In this document: piece after piece, positions 29,923 through 39,528 of the stretch | Numbering within the stretch: the first letter of the stretch is position 1 | How the letters are laid out: each line of letters begins with the position of its first letter | Translations under genes and position numbers: made by a program | Assembly (NCBI GenBank): GCA_049472335.1 | Contig: JBLIRO010000035.1 | Location: 1 to 51,935 of the forward strand | Reading direction: 5' to 3' | Length of the DNA stretch: 51,935 nucleotides | DNA from: a bacterium | Lineage (GTDB): Bacteria > SZUA-182 > DTGQ01 > JAFGSM01 | The notes under the pieces: generated by a model | What the model saw: the letters and a program-made list of their open reading frames with translations, nothing else | The model's database searches: none | What the model was told of the DNA's origin: nothing

Positions 29923-31113
29923 ATGGATCTGGAATCCAGTCCGTTTAGACCTGGGCAGCCTGTGCCAATAGAGTTTTTTGTCGGGCGTATCGAGGAAATC
30001 GAGCACCTGCGAAGCATGGTGAAAGCAAGCGTTCAAGGCCGCTTCAAGATTGGATTCGTAAGCGGCGAGCGCGGTATAGGCAAGAGTTCACTTGTTTCAT
30101 TTGTACGTCACCTTTCCGATCGAGAAAGCGATGTCGCCGGATGCCATGTTTCCCTTGGCGGGGTGAGGGATCTGAACGAAATGGTTCGGAGGACATTTGA
30201 CCGCCTTTTGAAGGAAAGCATCGATAAACCGTGGCACTCGCGTGTCAAGGACTTTTTCGGCGACTACGTCCGCGAAATTGGCCTGTTTGGTATTACGCTC
30301 GAACTTGATCTAAAAGGCAATGACCTGTCCGCAATTACCCATGGCTTTGTCCCATCCATCAGGCGGCTCCCGGACAAGCTCAAAGGGCAAAAGAAGTCTC
30401 TCCTCCTTATTCTGGACGACATCAACGGTCTGGCATCTTCCGAAGACTTAGCCAACTGGCTGAAAAGCATGGTGGATGAGATTGCTACATCCCAACAAGA
30501 AATGCGGCTTTGTATCTTTATTGTGGGATTGGAGGATCGACGGCAAGAACTGGTGGCGAGGCAACCTTCTCTCGCCCGCGTCTTTGAATTGATCGATATC
30601 GCTCCATGGTCAAATGAGGAAGCCAGACAGTTCTACAAGAAATCTTTCGAATCGGCTTCGGCAAAGGTCACCGATGAGGATATGAACACTCTTGTCCAAT
30701 TTACCGGTGGGCTTCCGGTCTTAGCGCATGAGATCGGTGACTCTATTTGGCGAGTGGCTCAAACACCGGCAATTAGGTCAAATGAAATTTGGCAAGGTAT
30801 CTTCATTGCTGCCGATGTAGTAGGCAGAAAGCTACTGGAACCGCAGATCTTCAGTTCAATCCGCAGTGACCGTTATCGTTCAATCCTCAGAAAAATGGCG
30901 GATAAACCACTGGAGATGAGTTTTCAGAGAGCACAACTTGGAGAATGTCTATCCGGTGAGGAAAAGAAAGTAATGGACAACTTCCTTCAGCGTATGAAAA
31001 AACTCGGAGGATTGGCTGCTGACCCGGATGTCCTGGGGGGATATCAATTTCCCAATCATCTTCACGCCCTATATTTCTGGATGGAGTCGCAGCGTGCCAA
31101 ACGCGAACGGTAG
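29923..31113 (+). CDS. Archaeal-type/STAND-like P-loop ATPase
   Basis: SPFRPG...FVGR, Walker A GERGIGKS, Walker B LILDD, TGGLP (GxP motif); ATG start at MDLESS. Confidence 0.82.
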   Translation: MDLESSPFRPGQPVPIEFFVGRIEEIEHLRSMVKASVQGRFKIGFVSGERGIGKSSLVSFVRHLSDRESDVAGCHVSLGGVRDLNEMVRRTFDRLLKESIDKPWHSRVKDFFGDYVREIGLFGITLELDLKGNDLSAITHGFVPSIRRLPDKLKGQKKSLLLILDDINGLASSEDLANWLKSMVDEIATSQQEMRLCIFIVGLEDRRQELVARQPSLARVFELIDIAPWSNEEARQFYKKSFESASAKVTDEDMNTLVQFTGGLPVLAHEIGDSIWRVAQTPAIRSNEIWQGIFIAADVVGRKLLEPQIFSSIRSDRYRSILRKMADKPLEMSFQRAQLGECLSGEEKKVMDNFLQRMKKLGGLAADPDVLGGYQFPNHLHALYFWMESQRAKRER

Positions 31114-31409
31114 TAAATACCATCCTGGCTTGATCATAGCCTGCTTTGGCAAGACATCTTTTAATTTGAATAAAAATTTTGTCTAAATCTGTTCACATAT
31201 AACTATTCTCATAAATAGAAAAATATTCCAAATACCGATTTATTCTTTATATTACTGTAATTTTCACCGGCCATGTGTGGCTGCATATCCGTTAATATAT
31301 TTATTTAAAAAGTTACTAAGAAAAAGGCTTTTCCATTATTGGATGCCGATCGAAATAGAAGACAAAAAAATCAATAAATTTAATTTCATAAAAAAGGAGA
31401 TTATAGAAA

Positions 31410-33173
31410 ATGGCGAAAAAGACCTACTTTTTGGATGAAGATATACAATTTCATTTCAAGAACACGATTAACTGGGAAAAGATCGTTCCTCTGTATGAAG
31501 ACCTGAATGGAAATTTCAAGCTCACACAGGCTGTAAACATGTATCATGACACATTAAAGGAGCTGGGGACCATTGCGGCCAACGAACTTGAAGAAACCGC
31601 CAGGGAAAGCGATGAAATAGGCGTTAGATTTGAAAACGGAGACGTGATCTATACCGAAGGTTTTAAAAAAGGTCTCAAGGCATTTAAAGATGCGGAAGCG
31701 CTTGCCCTCAATGTAAAACCGGAATACGAAGGTCCCGGGATGCCCGGATTGATTCACATGATTAATATGGAGATGATCTGCAAGGCAGACGCGGCATTTA
31801 TGACAGTCTACGCATTCTATTCCGGTGTAGCAAAGACATTGGAGGTATTCGCCTCTGAAGATCTGAAAAAGAAATACATACCCAAGCTTGTCACCGGAGA
31901 ATACGGCGGGTCCATGTCCCTAACGGAATCGGATGCGGGCTCGGACCTGGGTCAAATAAGAACCATAGCAGTAAAAAACGGGGGCCATTGGGAGCTAACA
32001 GGGAGCAAGACCTTCATTACAAACGGTAACGGAGAGCTTACCCTTGCCCTGGCAAGATCGGATCAGGAAAAACAAGGCACAAAAGGCCTGAGCATGTTCA
32101 TACTACCAAGATTCATAGAAAAAAACGGCTCGAGGATAAAGAATTTCTCACTGGGAACCGCGGAACATAAGCTCGGCATACACGCGTCACCTACTTTGGA
32201 GCTTTTATTTGATAAATCCATCGGCTATCTGGTGGGGAAAGAGGGCGAAGGTCTTAAGCAGATGTTTTATCTGATGAATGAGGCCAGATTAGGCGTATCA
32301 GCTCAGGCCGTGGGAATTGCCCAAAAGGCATTGGAAGAGGCGAAAGAATATGCATCCCAGAGGGTCCAGTTTGGCAAACCCATTGCCCAACATGAATTGG
32401 TGGCAGATAAGCTGCTGGATATGGAAACTGATATCAGGGCCATGAGAAGCATACTTTATAAGGCGTGCGAGTATGAAGATATAAGGGCAGGATTGGAGGA
32501 TAAATTAAAGGGTTTTAATGGAGACCCGGAAGAAAAAGAGCGTCTGAAAAGAGAGCTTAAAAAATATAAGCACTTGACCAGGGAGATGGTGCCGATAGTC
32601 AAATATTTTATCACTGAAAAATGCATACAGATCACAAGGGACAATATCCAGATCCACGGAGGGAATGGCTATACAACGGATTATACAGCAGAACTGCATT
32701 TGAGAGACTCCATAATCACAACTATCTATGAGGGCACCAGCCAGATCCAGGCTTTAATGGCCATGGGTGACACCCTCAAAAAATCAAAAATCTTCCCCTA
32801 CCTGGAAACCTTCAGAAACATACTGAAGCGTATAAAGGGCATCTTTACATCCGGGATCAATAGAAAATCGATTAAAGCTGAAATATATTTCAATTCCGCA
32901 GTAGATTATCTGAAGAGGCCCTTCGTAACGGCAAAGTTATTAAAAAACAAGAAAAAGGAAACAGAGGCCCTGTCCTATGCCATGCTGTATGCAGAAAGGC
33001 TGACAAGATTAAAGGCCTACAAGGTTATCAGCGATATCCTGGTGGATGAAGCAAAGAATTTTCCCGAGAGGAAACCACTGGCAAAAAGATTCATAAGGAA
33101 TTACCTGCCTGAGATGAAAAAAGAGGCTGAATTTATAAGAAGTGGAGACAAAACTACCCTTACCAAGATATAG
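31410..33173 (+). CDS. Acyl-CoA dehydrogenase (long form)
   Basis: LTESDAGSD, GSKTFIT, EHKLGIHASPT, RVQFGK, QIHGGNG, IYEGTSQIQ; RBS AAGGAG. Confidence 0.95.
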   Translation: MAKKTYFLDEDIQFHFKNTINWEKIVPLYEDLNGNFKLTQAVNMYHDTLKELGTIAANELEETARESDEIGVRFENGDVIYTEGFKKGLKAFKDAEALALNVKPEYEGPGMPGLIHMINMEMICKADAAFMTVYAFYSGVAKTLEVFASEDLKKKYIPKLVTGEYGGSMSLTESDAGSDLGQIRTIAVKNGGHWELTGSKTFITNGNGELTLALARSDQEKQGTKGLSMFILPRFIEKNGSRIKNFSLGTAEHKLGIHASPTLELLFDKSIGYLVGKEGEGLKQMFYLMNEARLGVSAQAVGIAQKALEEAKEYASQRVQFGKPIAQHELVADKLLDMETDIRAMRSILYKACEYEDIRAGLEDKLKGFNGDPEEKERLKRELKKYKHLTREMVPIVKYFITEKCIQITRDNIQIHGGNGYTTDYTAELHLRDSIITTIYEGTSQIQALMAMGDTLKKSKIFPYLETFRNILKRIKGIFTSGINRKSIKAEIYFNSAVDYLKRPFVTAKLLKNKKKETEALSYAMLYAERLTRLKAYKVISDILVDEAKNFPERKPLAKRFIRNYLPEMKKEAEFIRSGDKTTLTKI

Positions 33174-33264
33174 ATAAAAAATATTTTATTTCTTACCTGA
33201 CGATGCCGGCCTTCCTAACACCCTTTTCATTGAATTTTGGGTTTCTTTTTGATTAAGATTAACC

Positions 33265-33361
33265 CTACAACGTCATTTAGCTTTTTTAATGCGATATATT
33301 GTGGCAAATAACCAGGAATAGCCACTATATATTGAGTCAAATTTATGAAGTGACGTTGTAG
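33265..33361. mobile_element. 97-bp MITE-like element, copy 1
   Basis: Perfect 11-bp terminal inverted repeat CTACAACGTCA/TGACGTTGTAG; an inverted second copy lies at 36547-36643. Confidence 0.75.
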
Positions 33362-33642
33362 TAATAATAATAATTAGGGAATCGAGATACTAAACTCCTA
33401 TTCGATTGATTATTATCCTGTTCATTTAAGTCCAACCTAATACGCAGCTATAAATGGATGGTTGACACAGTCCTGTTTGGGAAAATTCGATCCTCATTAC
33501 GTCTATTAAAAATGTAAGAAAGCTACTATTTTTATATGTCTGGGTGTCTTCCAATTTTTAAGAGAGGAGGTGGTGTAAATATGATTCATCTTTCCCCGTA
33601 TGTAATGGTTATATAGTATATTCTAGAAGATAGGAGGAATTT

Positions 33643-34308
33643 ATGTATCATTTCATTCGCAGATTTTTTATATTTGTTTTAGTTTTAGCTTTTGGCTTTT
33701 CATTCTTACTCTGCTGCTTCGTGCACAGCGGGCGTTGCCAATTGGCCACTGATAGTGTGAATGTATTGCAAAGTGTGAGCCGTTTTCCACCCATTGACTT
33801 CCGACCTCCGGATATCTATAACCAATTGAACACCCCCTTTGGAAATTTTGACGAAGGCTTCTATGCCGCGCCGTTACCAATTTGGATGAACAGCCCAACA
33901 TGGGGTGCTCTCAAGCTTTCAGACCTAAGTTATTTGCTGCCTATCGCCATCGGGCAGTCACTGTTCAGGGGAAGCACTTCATCAATCATAGACAGAACGG
34001 GCTTGCAGCTTGGAACAACCATGCAATATAGTCCTAGTAATTTTGGATCGCAGTTGTACACCATAAGCGCATATGACAGGGTAGGCTATGGATTTCCATT
34101 TTCCAGTCCCGTGACGGTCAATTATTCACTGCCATCTTCATCCCCATCGTTTCTGACTACGTGGACCGGAGGGTCTCTTTCTTACCTGAATAAGCCCCCT
34201 GTACGCTACGGCCTTAGTAGCGATATTGGTGATATCTACGATTTTGGGGTTGGTACGATCACCGGTATTGGCGGGTGCTCCGGATGGATGATGTGTGATT
34301 ATTTCTGA
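33643..34308 (+). CDS. Hypothetical secreted low-complexity (S/G/P/aromatic-rich) protein
   Basis: RBS AGGAGG; signal-peptide-like N-terminus; strong hairpin just after the stop codon. Confidence 0.7.
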   Translation: MYHFIRRFFIFVLVLAFGFSFLLCCFVHSGRCQLATDSVNVLQSVSRFPPIDFRPPDIYNQLNTPFGNFDEGFYAAPLPIWMNSPTWGALKLSDLSYLLPIAIGQSLFRGSTSSIIDRTGLQLGTTMQYSPSNFGSQLYTISAYDRVGYGFPFSSPVTVNYSLPSSSPSFLTTWTGGSLSYLNKPPVRYGLSSDIGDIYDFGVGTITGIGGCSGWMMCDYF

Positions 34309-35355
34309 AATTAGCAATACCAGTGGTAGATTATATATTCGGTCTACTGAGTGGTATTGTGGCAAATGCATTTGATAGAGGCGGCCCCAGTTGCCTGGAA
34401 TCGAATATCACGATCCGTGAGGCATCCCTTCGATGATTCGTTCGGCGCAGACAGGGAATGCATGGGTGCAAGTGATGTAGGCTACGTATGGGGTACCGTC
34501 CAATGGTGTCATGAAGAATTTAATATTGATTAAAAATTAAGAAGTCTTGCGAGTGCCCATGTTGTCCATCTTATTGTATACTCTTCGAGCCGCCTTGCTC
34601 CAGTGTGGAGCGGCTCTTGCTCATAAAGCCGAAGAGCTTTGGTAATGGTTTTCTCTGTAAGATCAATCCCATTCGGTTCAAATTTGTATCACTTTTAAAG
34701 TTACTCAATGGGCCTTCTAACCTGTTCCGATTTTCAATCCGGAAATTGCCTGAAAATTCTATCAAAAATATGATATAATGATTTGAATATTTTTTTTAGA
34801 CAAAAAAGTATGTTTTCATTAATTATTTAGGAAAAAAATCGAAAAATGGGCAGAAGACCTTGGTCAACAAGACTGACCGTTGAAGAATGCAAATGTTTAA
34901 GTGTCTCAAGACTTACACCAGCCACAAAAATCGGCATGATCTTATGAGATTTCAATTTTGTAGTGGTAAAGAAATTTTTACTCATCATTAGAGACCTAAT
35001 CCCCCAAATTTAAACCTCTAGGTTCATAAAATTAGTTTGGAACTGTAATATTCTGTTTCAGATTATAACAAAAAATTGGGAAGTCAAGATTAATTCAATA
35101 TTCATAAATGCACTCTGAAAGGAAATCCGATATTAAAGGTAGAGATTATTAATTTCCACATCAAAAAAATCGAGAAAAAATATGAACAAAAATGATAAAA
35201 AAAACCATAATTGTATGCGATGTGAATATATTTCATGCCTGCATTTCTTGTACAACTTGTAGCAGACATTCTAAAATCTCTATTATAGAGGAGTTAGTCT
35301 TATTAATTGAACAGAAATTCTGTAATACTAACAAAAATCCATTGGAGAAGAGATT

Positions 35356-35547
35356 ATGCTTATTCATGTTCAGTATACTGATGACAAATATGATATGATT
35401 AAACCAAAGTTGCTTGATGAATTTATTCTGCAGGGAGAGATAAAGAAATTCAAAAGAGCAGACGGTTGGGCTGTTATAGGCGTAGATAAGATTAGAGGAG
35501 ATGGAGGACATTATGAAGGTAAAGAAAGAAGACAACAGGCATATTAG
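35356..35547 (+). CDS. GSU3473-family small protein
   Basis: MLIHVQY.D.KYDMIKP..LD..I..G.I..FKR.DGW..IG.D.IR....Y.G.ERR pattern; RBS GGAG. Confidence 0.8.
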   Translation: MLIHVQYTDDKYDMIKPKLLDEFILQGEIKKFKRADGWAVIGVDKIRGDGGHYEGKERRQQAY

Positions 35548-35662
35548 GCATTTAACATAGCATGCCTGAGATCTACAGATTCGTAATCATAACCCTTAAG
35601 TTTCCTAACCTCCTTAATTTAAAGTAACTTAATGAAATTACTACATTTTTGTTCGGCAGATT

Positions 35663-36169
35663 TCAGTCGATTTTAGTTGATTTTAATGATTCATGTTCTT
35701 TTTCGTATACATCATCCACATTAAGGTTTGACCCCCCAGTAGCAGTAACGGCTAAAAGATCACAACGATGGTTTTCTTTATTGCTATCATGTCCTTTTAC
35801 CCAGATGAATTTAACATTATGTCTTTCTAATAATTCAAGCAATTTCTTCCAAAGGTCAACATTAAGAACCGGTTTATTTGAGTTGAGCCTCCAACCTTTT
35901 TATGCCAATTTCTGAGCCACCCTTTATTTATCGCATCTACAACATATTTTGAGTCACTATAAATGGTTACATTGCATTTCACTTTTAGAATACTTAGTCC
36001 GGCAATAACCGCCATTAGCTCCATACGATTATTTGTTGTCTCCCTAAATCCTTTTGAAATTTCCTTCCTTTTGCCTTCACAAAGCAAAACCACTCCATAA
36101 CCTCTGGGACCCGAATTACCTTTAGAAGATCCGTCTGTATAGTTTGCTTAGTTTATTATTGATTTGCAT
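35663..36169 (-). pseudogene. rnhA: Ribonuclease HI pseudogene (two frameshifts)
   Basis: YTDGSSKGN.GP.G, TTNNRMEL, YSDSKYV, then a slip in an A5 run (~35897-35901) before GWR...NVDLW...WVKGH...NHRCDLLA. The ATG at 36169 is out of frame with YTDG. Confidence 0.9.
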
Positions 36170-36183
36170 ATTTAATCATTATA

Positions 36184-36297
36184 TCAGGTTGTCCATGACT
36201 CACAGAAGACTGAGTAACAAATTAAATTACAAAAAAAATTAGTGGTAGAATTCTCATCCCTAACCGCATTAAAGAATAAATTTTCAATTCGATTCAT
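36184..36297 (-). pseudogene. Short N-terminal fragment of an unknown, possibly nuclease-like, gene
   Basis: MNRIENLFFNAVRDENSTTNFFCNL... (37 aa), abutting the DUF6602-like remnant. Confidence 0.3.
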
Positions 36298-36534
36298 ATA
36301 AATAATTATATCGCAATTGTTTGCTCTAACTCCCAAAATGATTTATAACGATTCCAGAAACCTTAATACCAAAGCGAGGTGGGAGAAACTCTCATAAGAG
36401 ATTTGATAGTGCTGCTTCATTTTCAATCCCGACTATTTCAGCATGAGGAAGCTTTCTATTAAAGAGAAGAGCGTCTGCTTCAAGCTTGTAGTAAACGCTG
36501 AAAAAGTAATGGTCGAAAAATTGCGATCTTTCAT
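36298..36534 (-). pseudogene. DUF6602-like (restriction-endonuclease-fold) gene remnant
   Basis: PHAEIVGIENEAALSNLL*EFLPPRFGIKVSGIVINHFGS*SKQ/CDIIIY with two stop codons and frameshifts. Confidence 0.65.
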
Positions 36535-36546
36535 TATACTATACTA

Positions 36547-36643
36547 CTACAACATCACTTCATAAATTTGACTCAATATATAGTGGCTATTCCTGGTTAT
36601 TTGCCACAATATATCGCATTAAAAATGCCAAATGACGTTGCAG
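36547..36643. mobile_element. 97-bp MITE-like element, copy 2 (inverted)
   Basis: The reverse complement of 36545-36650 matches 33258-33363 at 102/106 positions. Confidence 0.75.
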
Positions 36644-36791
36644 GGTTAATATAATGATAGAATTTTAATTTTTTCCCCAAAGAAGAGATTTAGTTGAAAT
36701 ATTCTGTTATAATTATAAATAAAAAAGATATTAATGCCAGCTAATAAAAATTATTTTGTAACACTGCCAATGATAAAAGGGTAAATAATAA

Positions 36792-37054
36792 ATGGAAATA
36801 CGTATTGATCCTCATACCTTAGATCGAGCAGAGGAGAAAAGAACATCACTTATAACGATAAGACAGATTTACTCTATATTCGTTTAGATGACAGAAAACA
36901 AAATGTTATAAACAGGCGAGTATCTGAAGATATTGTACTGGATATCGGTGAGGATGAGAGAGTTATTGGTATTGAAATTATAGACGCGTCAAAACACATT
37001 AACTTAGAAAGACTTTTTCCCATAAAATATAAAGTTTCTAAAAGAACAGCTTAA
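36792..37054 (+). pseudogene. Internally deleted DUF4258 toxin / DUF2283 antitoxin pair
   Basis: MEIRIDPHTLDRAEE (DUF4258-like start) is joined to a start-less NITYNDKTDLLYIRL...IVLDIGEDERVIGIEIIDASK (DUF2283), with a stop at 37052-37054. Confidence 0.72.
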
Positions 37055-37172
37055 TTTCATAAAACTTTCTGTATAACTTTCGACTTGACCCGGAGTTGAT
37101 ATTATAGGTATATTATTTCTATAAAAGATTTTAGCCCTCATCCAAATCAGACCTTTCATAGAAGAAAAAATC

Positions 37173-39494
37173 ATGGGAATAAAAAAAGCTGACAAAAAAA
37201 AGAAGAAAGAAAAGGAAAAGAAGAAGAAAAAGGCACAGGCAAAAACAAAAGATATCATCGCCGATCATTACATAGCCGCCGAATGGGCCAGACGTTACGA
37301 TGACAAAAAATCCCTGATTTTTCACCTCAAAAAGATCCTTAATATCAAGCCGAATGCAAAAGATGCCCTGATGTGGATGGCTGAAATTGAATACAATTCA
37401 AAAAAATATTTGGAAGCGACTCATTATTTTGAAAGAGCAAAAAAGGCAGGTACAGATTGGCCTTTTCTCGAATTTTTTCTGGGCCTTGCTTATTTTTTCA
37501 GCGACACCCGGCTGGATCTTGCCCAGAAAAATTTAAACGAATTCATCAAAAAGACCGCCAGGAAAAAAAAGGAAGAGATAACAGAAAAAAGGAAGACTGC
37601 ACTTTATTATTATGAATTCATTAAACAAAGACAGGCTGGGAGATCCAAGGCTGATGTCACCCGTAGGGAAAAGGGACCTGCGCCAAAAGAAAGGAAAGAG
37701 AAGGCAAATGCGCCTGAAGAGGGTTCTTTGTTCGAGGTCAAAAAGGCATCCCCAGCCAAAACAGAGGATTATTGCGTCGATGTGCATTTTTCCTTTTCTT
37801 CTCCCGATTATATCCTGGACCAAATCCGGAACAATCAGTTTGAAGATAAATCCCAATATGACTTGAGACTGGAATATTTTCATATCTCCCTGCTCAGGGG
37901 ATACGATGAGCTATTGTGTCTGGATACCTTAAAAAATGTCGATCAATATTGGTACCAAATCGAAACAGTGAAGCGTGTATTAAAATATTATCGTGGTCGC
38001 GTGCTTTTAGCCGATGAAGTTGGACTAGGGAAAACCATCGAGGCCTGCATGCTTATCAAAGAATACCTTTTAAGAAGGATGATTAACCGGGTCCTTGTTC
38101 TCACTCCCACGTCGTTGGTCTCCCAGTGGCAAGAGGAGTTGTCCGGCAAATTCGGCCTGGAGTTTGCCACAACCGATCAGGAGGAATTTCGCGAAAATGA
38201 GTCTTTCTGGACACAACACCCTCTCATTGTGGCATCTATCAATATTGCGAAATCCAAGAAAAACTTCGAGAAGATTACTCAGATTGAGCATGATCTTGTT
38301 GTAGTTGATGAGGCCCATCATATGAGAAATCGTTCCACCCTAAACTGGAAGCTGGTGAACTCCCTTAAAAAAAGGTTTATCTTCCTGATTTCTGCCACCC
38401 CGGTCCAAAACAATCTCATCGAGCTTTTCAACCTCATAACACTTCTCAAACCAGGCTTTTTGAAGACACAGAGCGAATTCCGGAATAAATATATGGCCCC
38501 GGGAAAACCCAAGATGCCTAAAAACAGCGATACTCTGCGGGAGCTATTACGGGAGGTGATGATCCGGAATACACGCTCCCTGATCGATGTTAGATTGCCT
38601 AACAGATTTGCCTCCACCATTACTGTCTCCCCTTCCCCCCTGGAAAAACAGATTTATGAGCGTGTCTCCTGCCTTGTCAGAGAATGGTTTGAAGATGGAA
38701 GGCTGGACTGGTTCACTCTTACCAACCTGCAGATGCGGGCGGGAAGCGCGCTGGATTCTCTTGAAGAAATCCTTGGAAAAATCGGAGAAAAGGGAGAAGG
38801 CTTTCATAACAAGATCAAAGAGGTTCAGGAAATGTTATCCAGCCTGAAATGTCTTGAAAAGAAAAAGAGATTATTGGATTTGATAAGAAAAAAACCGGAA
38901 GAAAAAAAGATTATCTTTGTCCATTATTTAAAGACCCTGTATTCATTGGCCGGTTTTTTAGCCAAGGAAAGGATTCCCTTTGTGGAGTTTCGAGGAAGCA
39001 TGTCCAATGCGCAAAAAGATAAAGCGATCAATGACTTCCGGGAAAACACAGAGATTCTCCTTGCCACTGAGGTAGGTGGTGAAGGCAGAAATATGCAATT
39101 CTGCCGGACCATTATCAACTATGACCTTCCCTGGAACCCGATGCGTATAGAACAAAGGATCGGACGCGTTCATAGAATCGGCCAAACAAATGATGTATTT
39201 GTTTTCAACTTCTGCATGCAGGGGAGTATTGAGGAATATATCCTTGATATCCTGGATAAGAAGATCAATATGTTTGAACTTGTAATTGGAGAGATCGACA
39301 ATATCCTGGGGAATCTGGACGAGGAAGCGGAATTTAGTGATATAGTCATGGATATATGGGCCAGGTCAAAGACTAAAGAGGATTTGAACAGCAGTTTTAA
39401 GAAACTGGGAGATAAAATACTGGAGGCCAAAAAAGAATATCAGGAGAGCAAGGAACTGGATGAATCTTTGCTGGCTTCGGATTATGTTGTATAA
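37173..39494 (+). CDS. SNF2-family helicase (YqhH-like) with an N-terminal TPR region
   Basis: LADEVGLGKT, VDEAHH, SATPVQN, ATEVGGEGRNMQ, YDLPWNP.RIEQRIGRVHRIGQ. Confidence 0.93.
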   Translation: MGIKKADKKKKKEKEKKKKKAQAKTKDIIADHYIAAEWARRYDDKKSLIFHLKKILNIKPNAKDALMWMAEIEYNSKKYLEATHYFERAKKAGTDWPFLEFFLGLAYFFSDTRLDLAQKNLNEFIKKTARKKKEEITEKRKTALYYYEFIKQRQAGRSKADVTRREKGPAPKERKEKANAPEEGSLFEVKKASPAKTEDYCVDVHFSFSSPDYILDQIRNNQFEDKSQYDLRLEYFHISLLRGYDELLCLDTLKNVDQYWYQIETVKRVLKYYRGRVLLADEVGLGKTIEACMLIKEYLLRRMINRVLVLTPTSLVSQWQEELSGKFGLEFATTDQEEFRENESFWTQHPLIVASINIAKSKKNFEKITQIEHDLVVVDEAHHMRNRSTLNWKLVNSLKKRFIFLISATPVQNNLIELFNLITLLKPGFLKTQSEFRNKYMAPGKPKMPKNSDTLRELLREVMIRNTRSLIDVRLPNRFASTITVSPSPLEKQIYERVSCLVREWFEDGRLDWFTLTNLQMRAGSALDSLEEILGKIGEKGEGFHNKIKEVQEMLSSLKCLEKKKRLLDLIRKKPEEKKIIFVHYLKTLYSLAGFLAKERIPFVEFRGSMSNAQKDKAINDFRENTEILLATEVGGEGRNMQFCRTIINYDLPWNPMRIEQRIGRVHRIGQTNDVFVFNFCMQGSIEEYILDILDKKINMFELVIGEIDNILGNLDEEAEFSDIVMDIWARSKTKEDLNSSFKKLGDKILEAKKEYQESKELDESLLASDYVV

Positions 39495-39528
39495 AAAAGA
39501 ATAGTAGCAAGAGGATTGGTAAAGATCT

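Noticed and set aside
34846..34947. 33-aa ORF MGRRPWSTRLTVEECKCLS...
   Set aside because: It looks like a truncated gene start, but I cannot assign a family with confidence.
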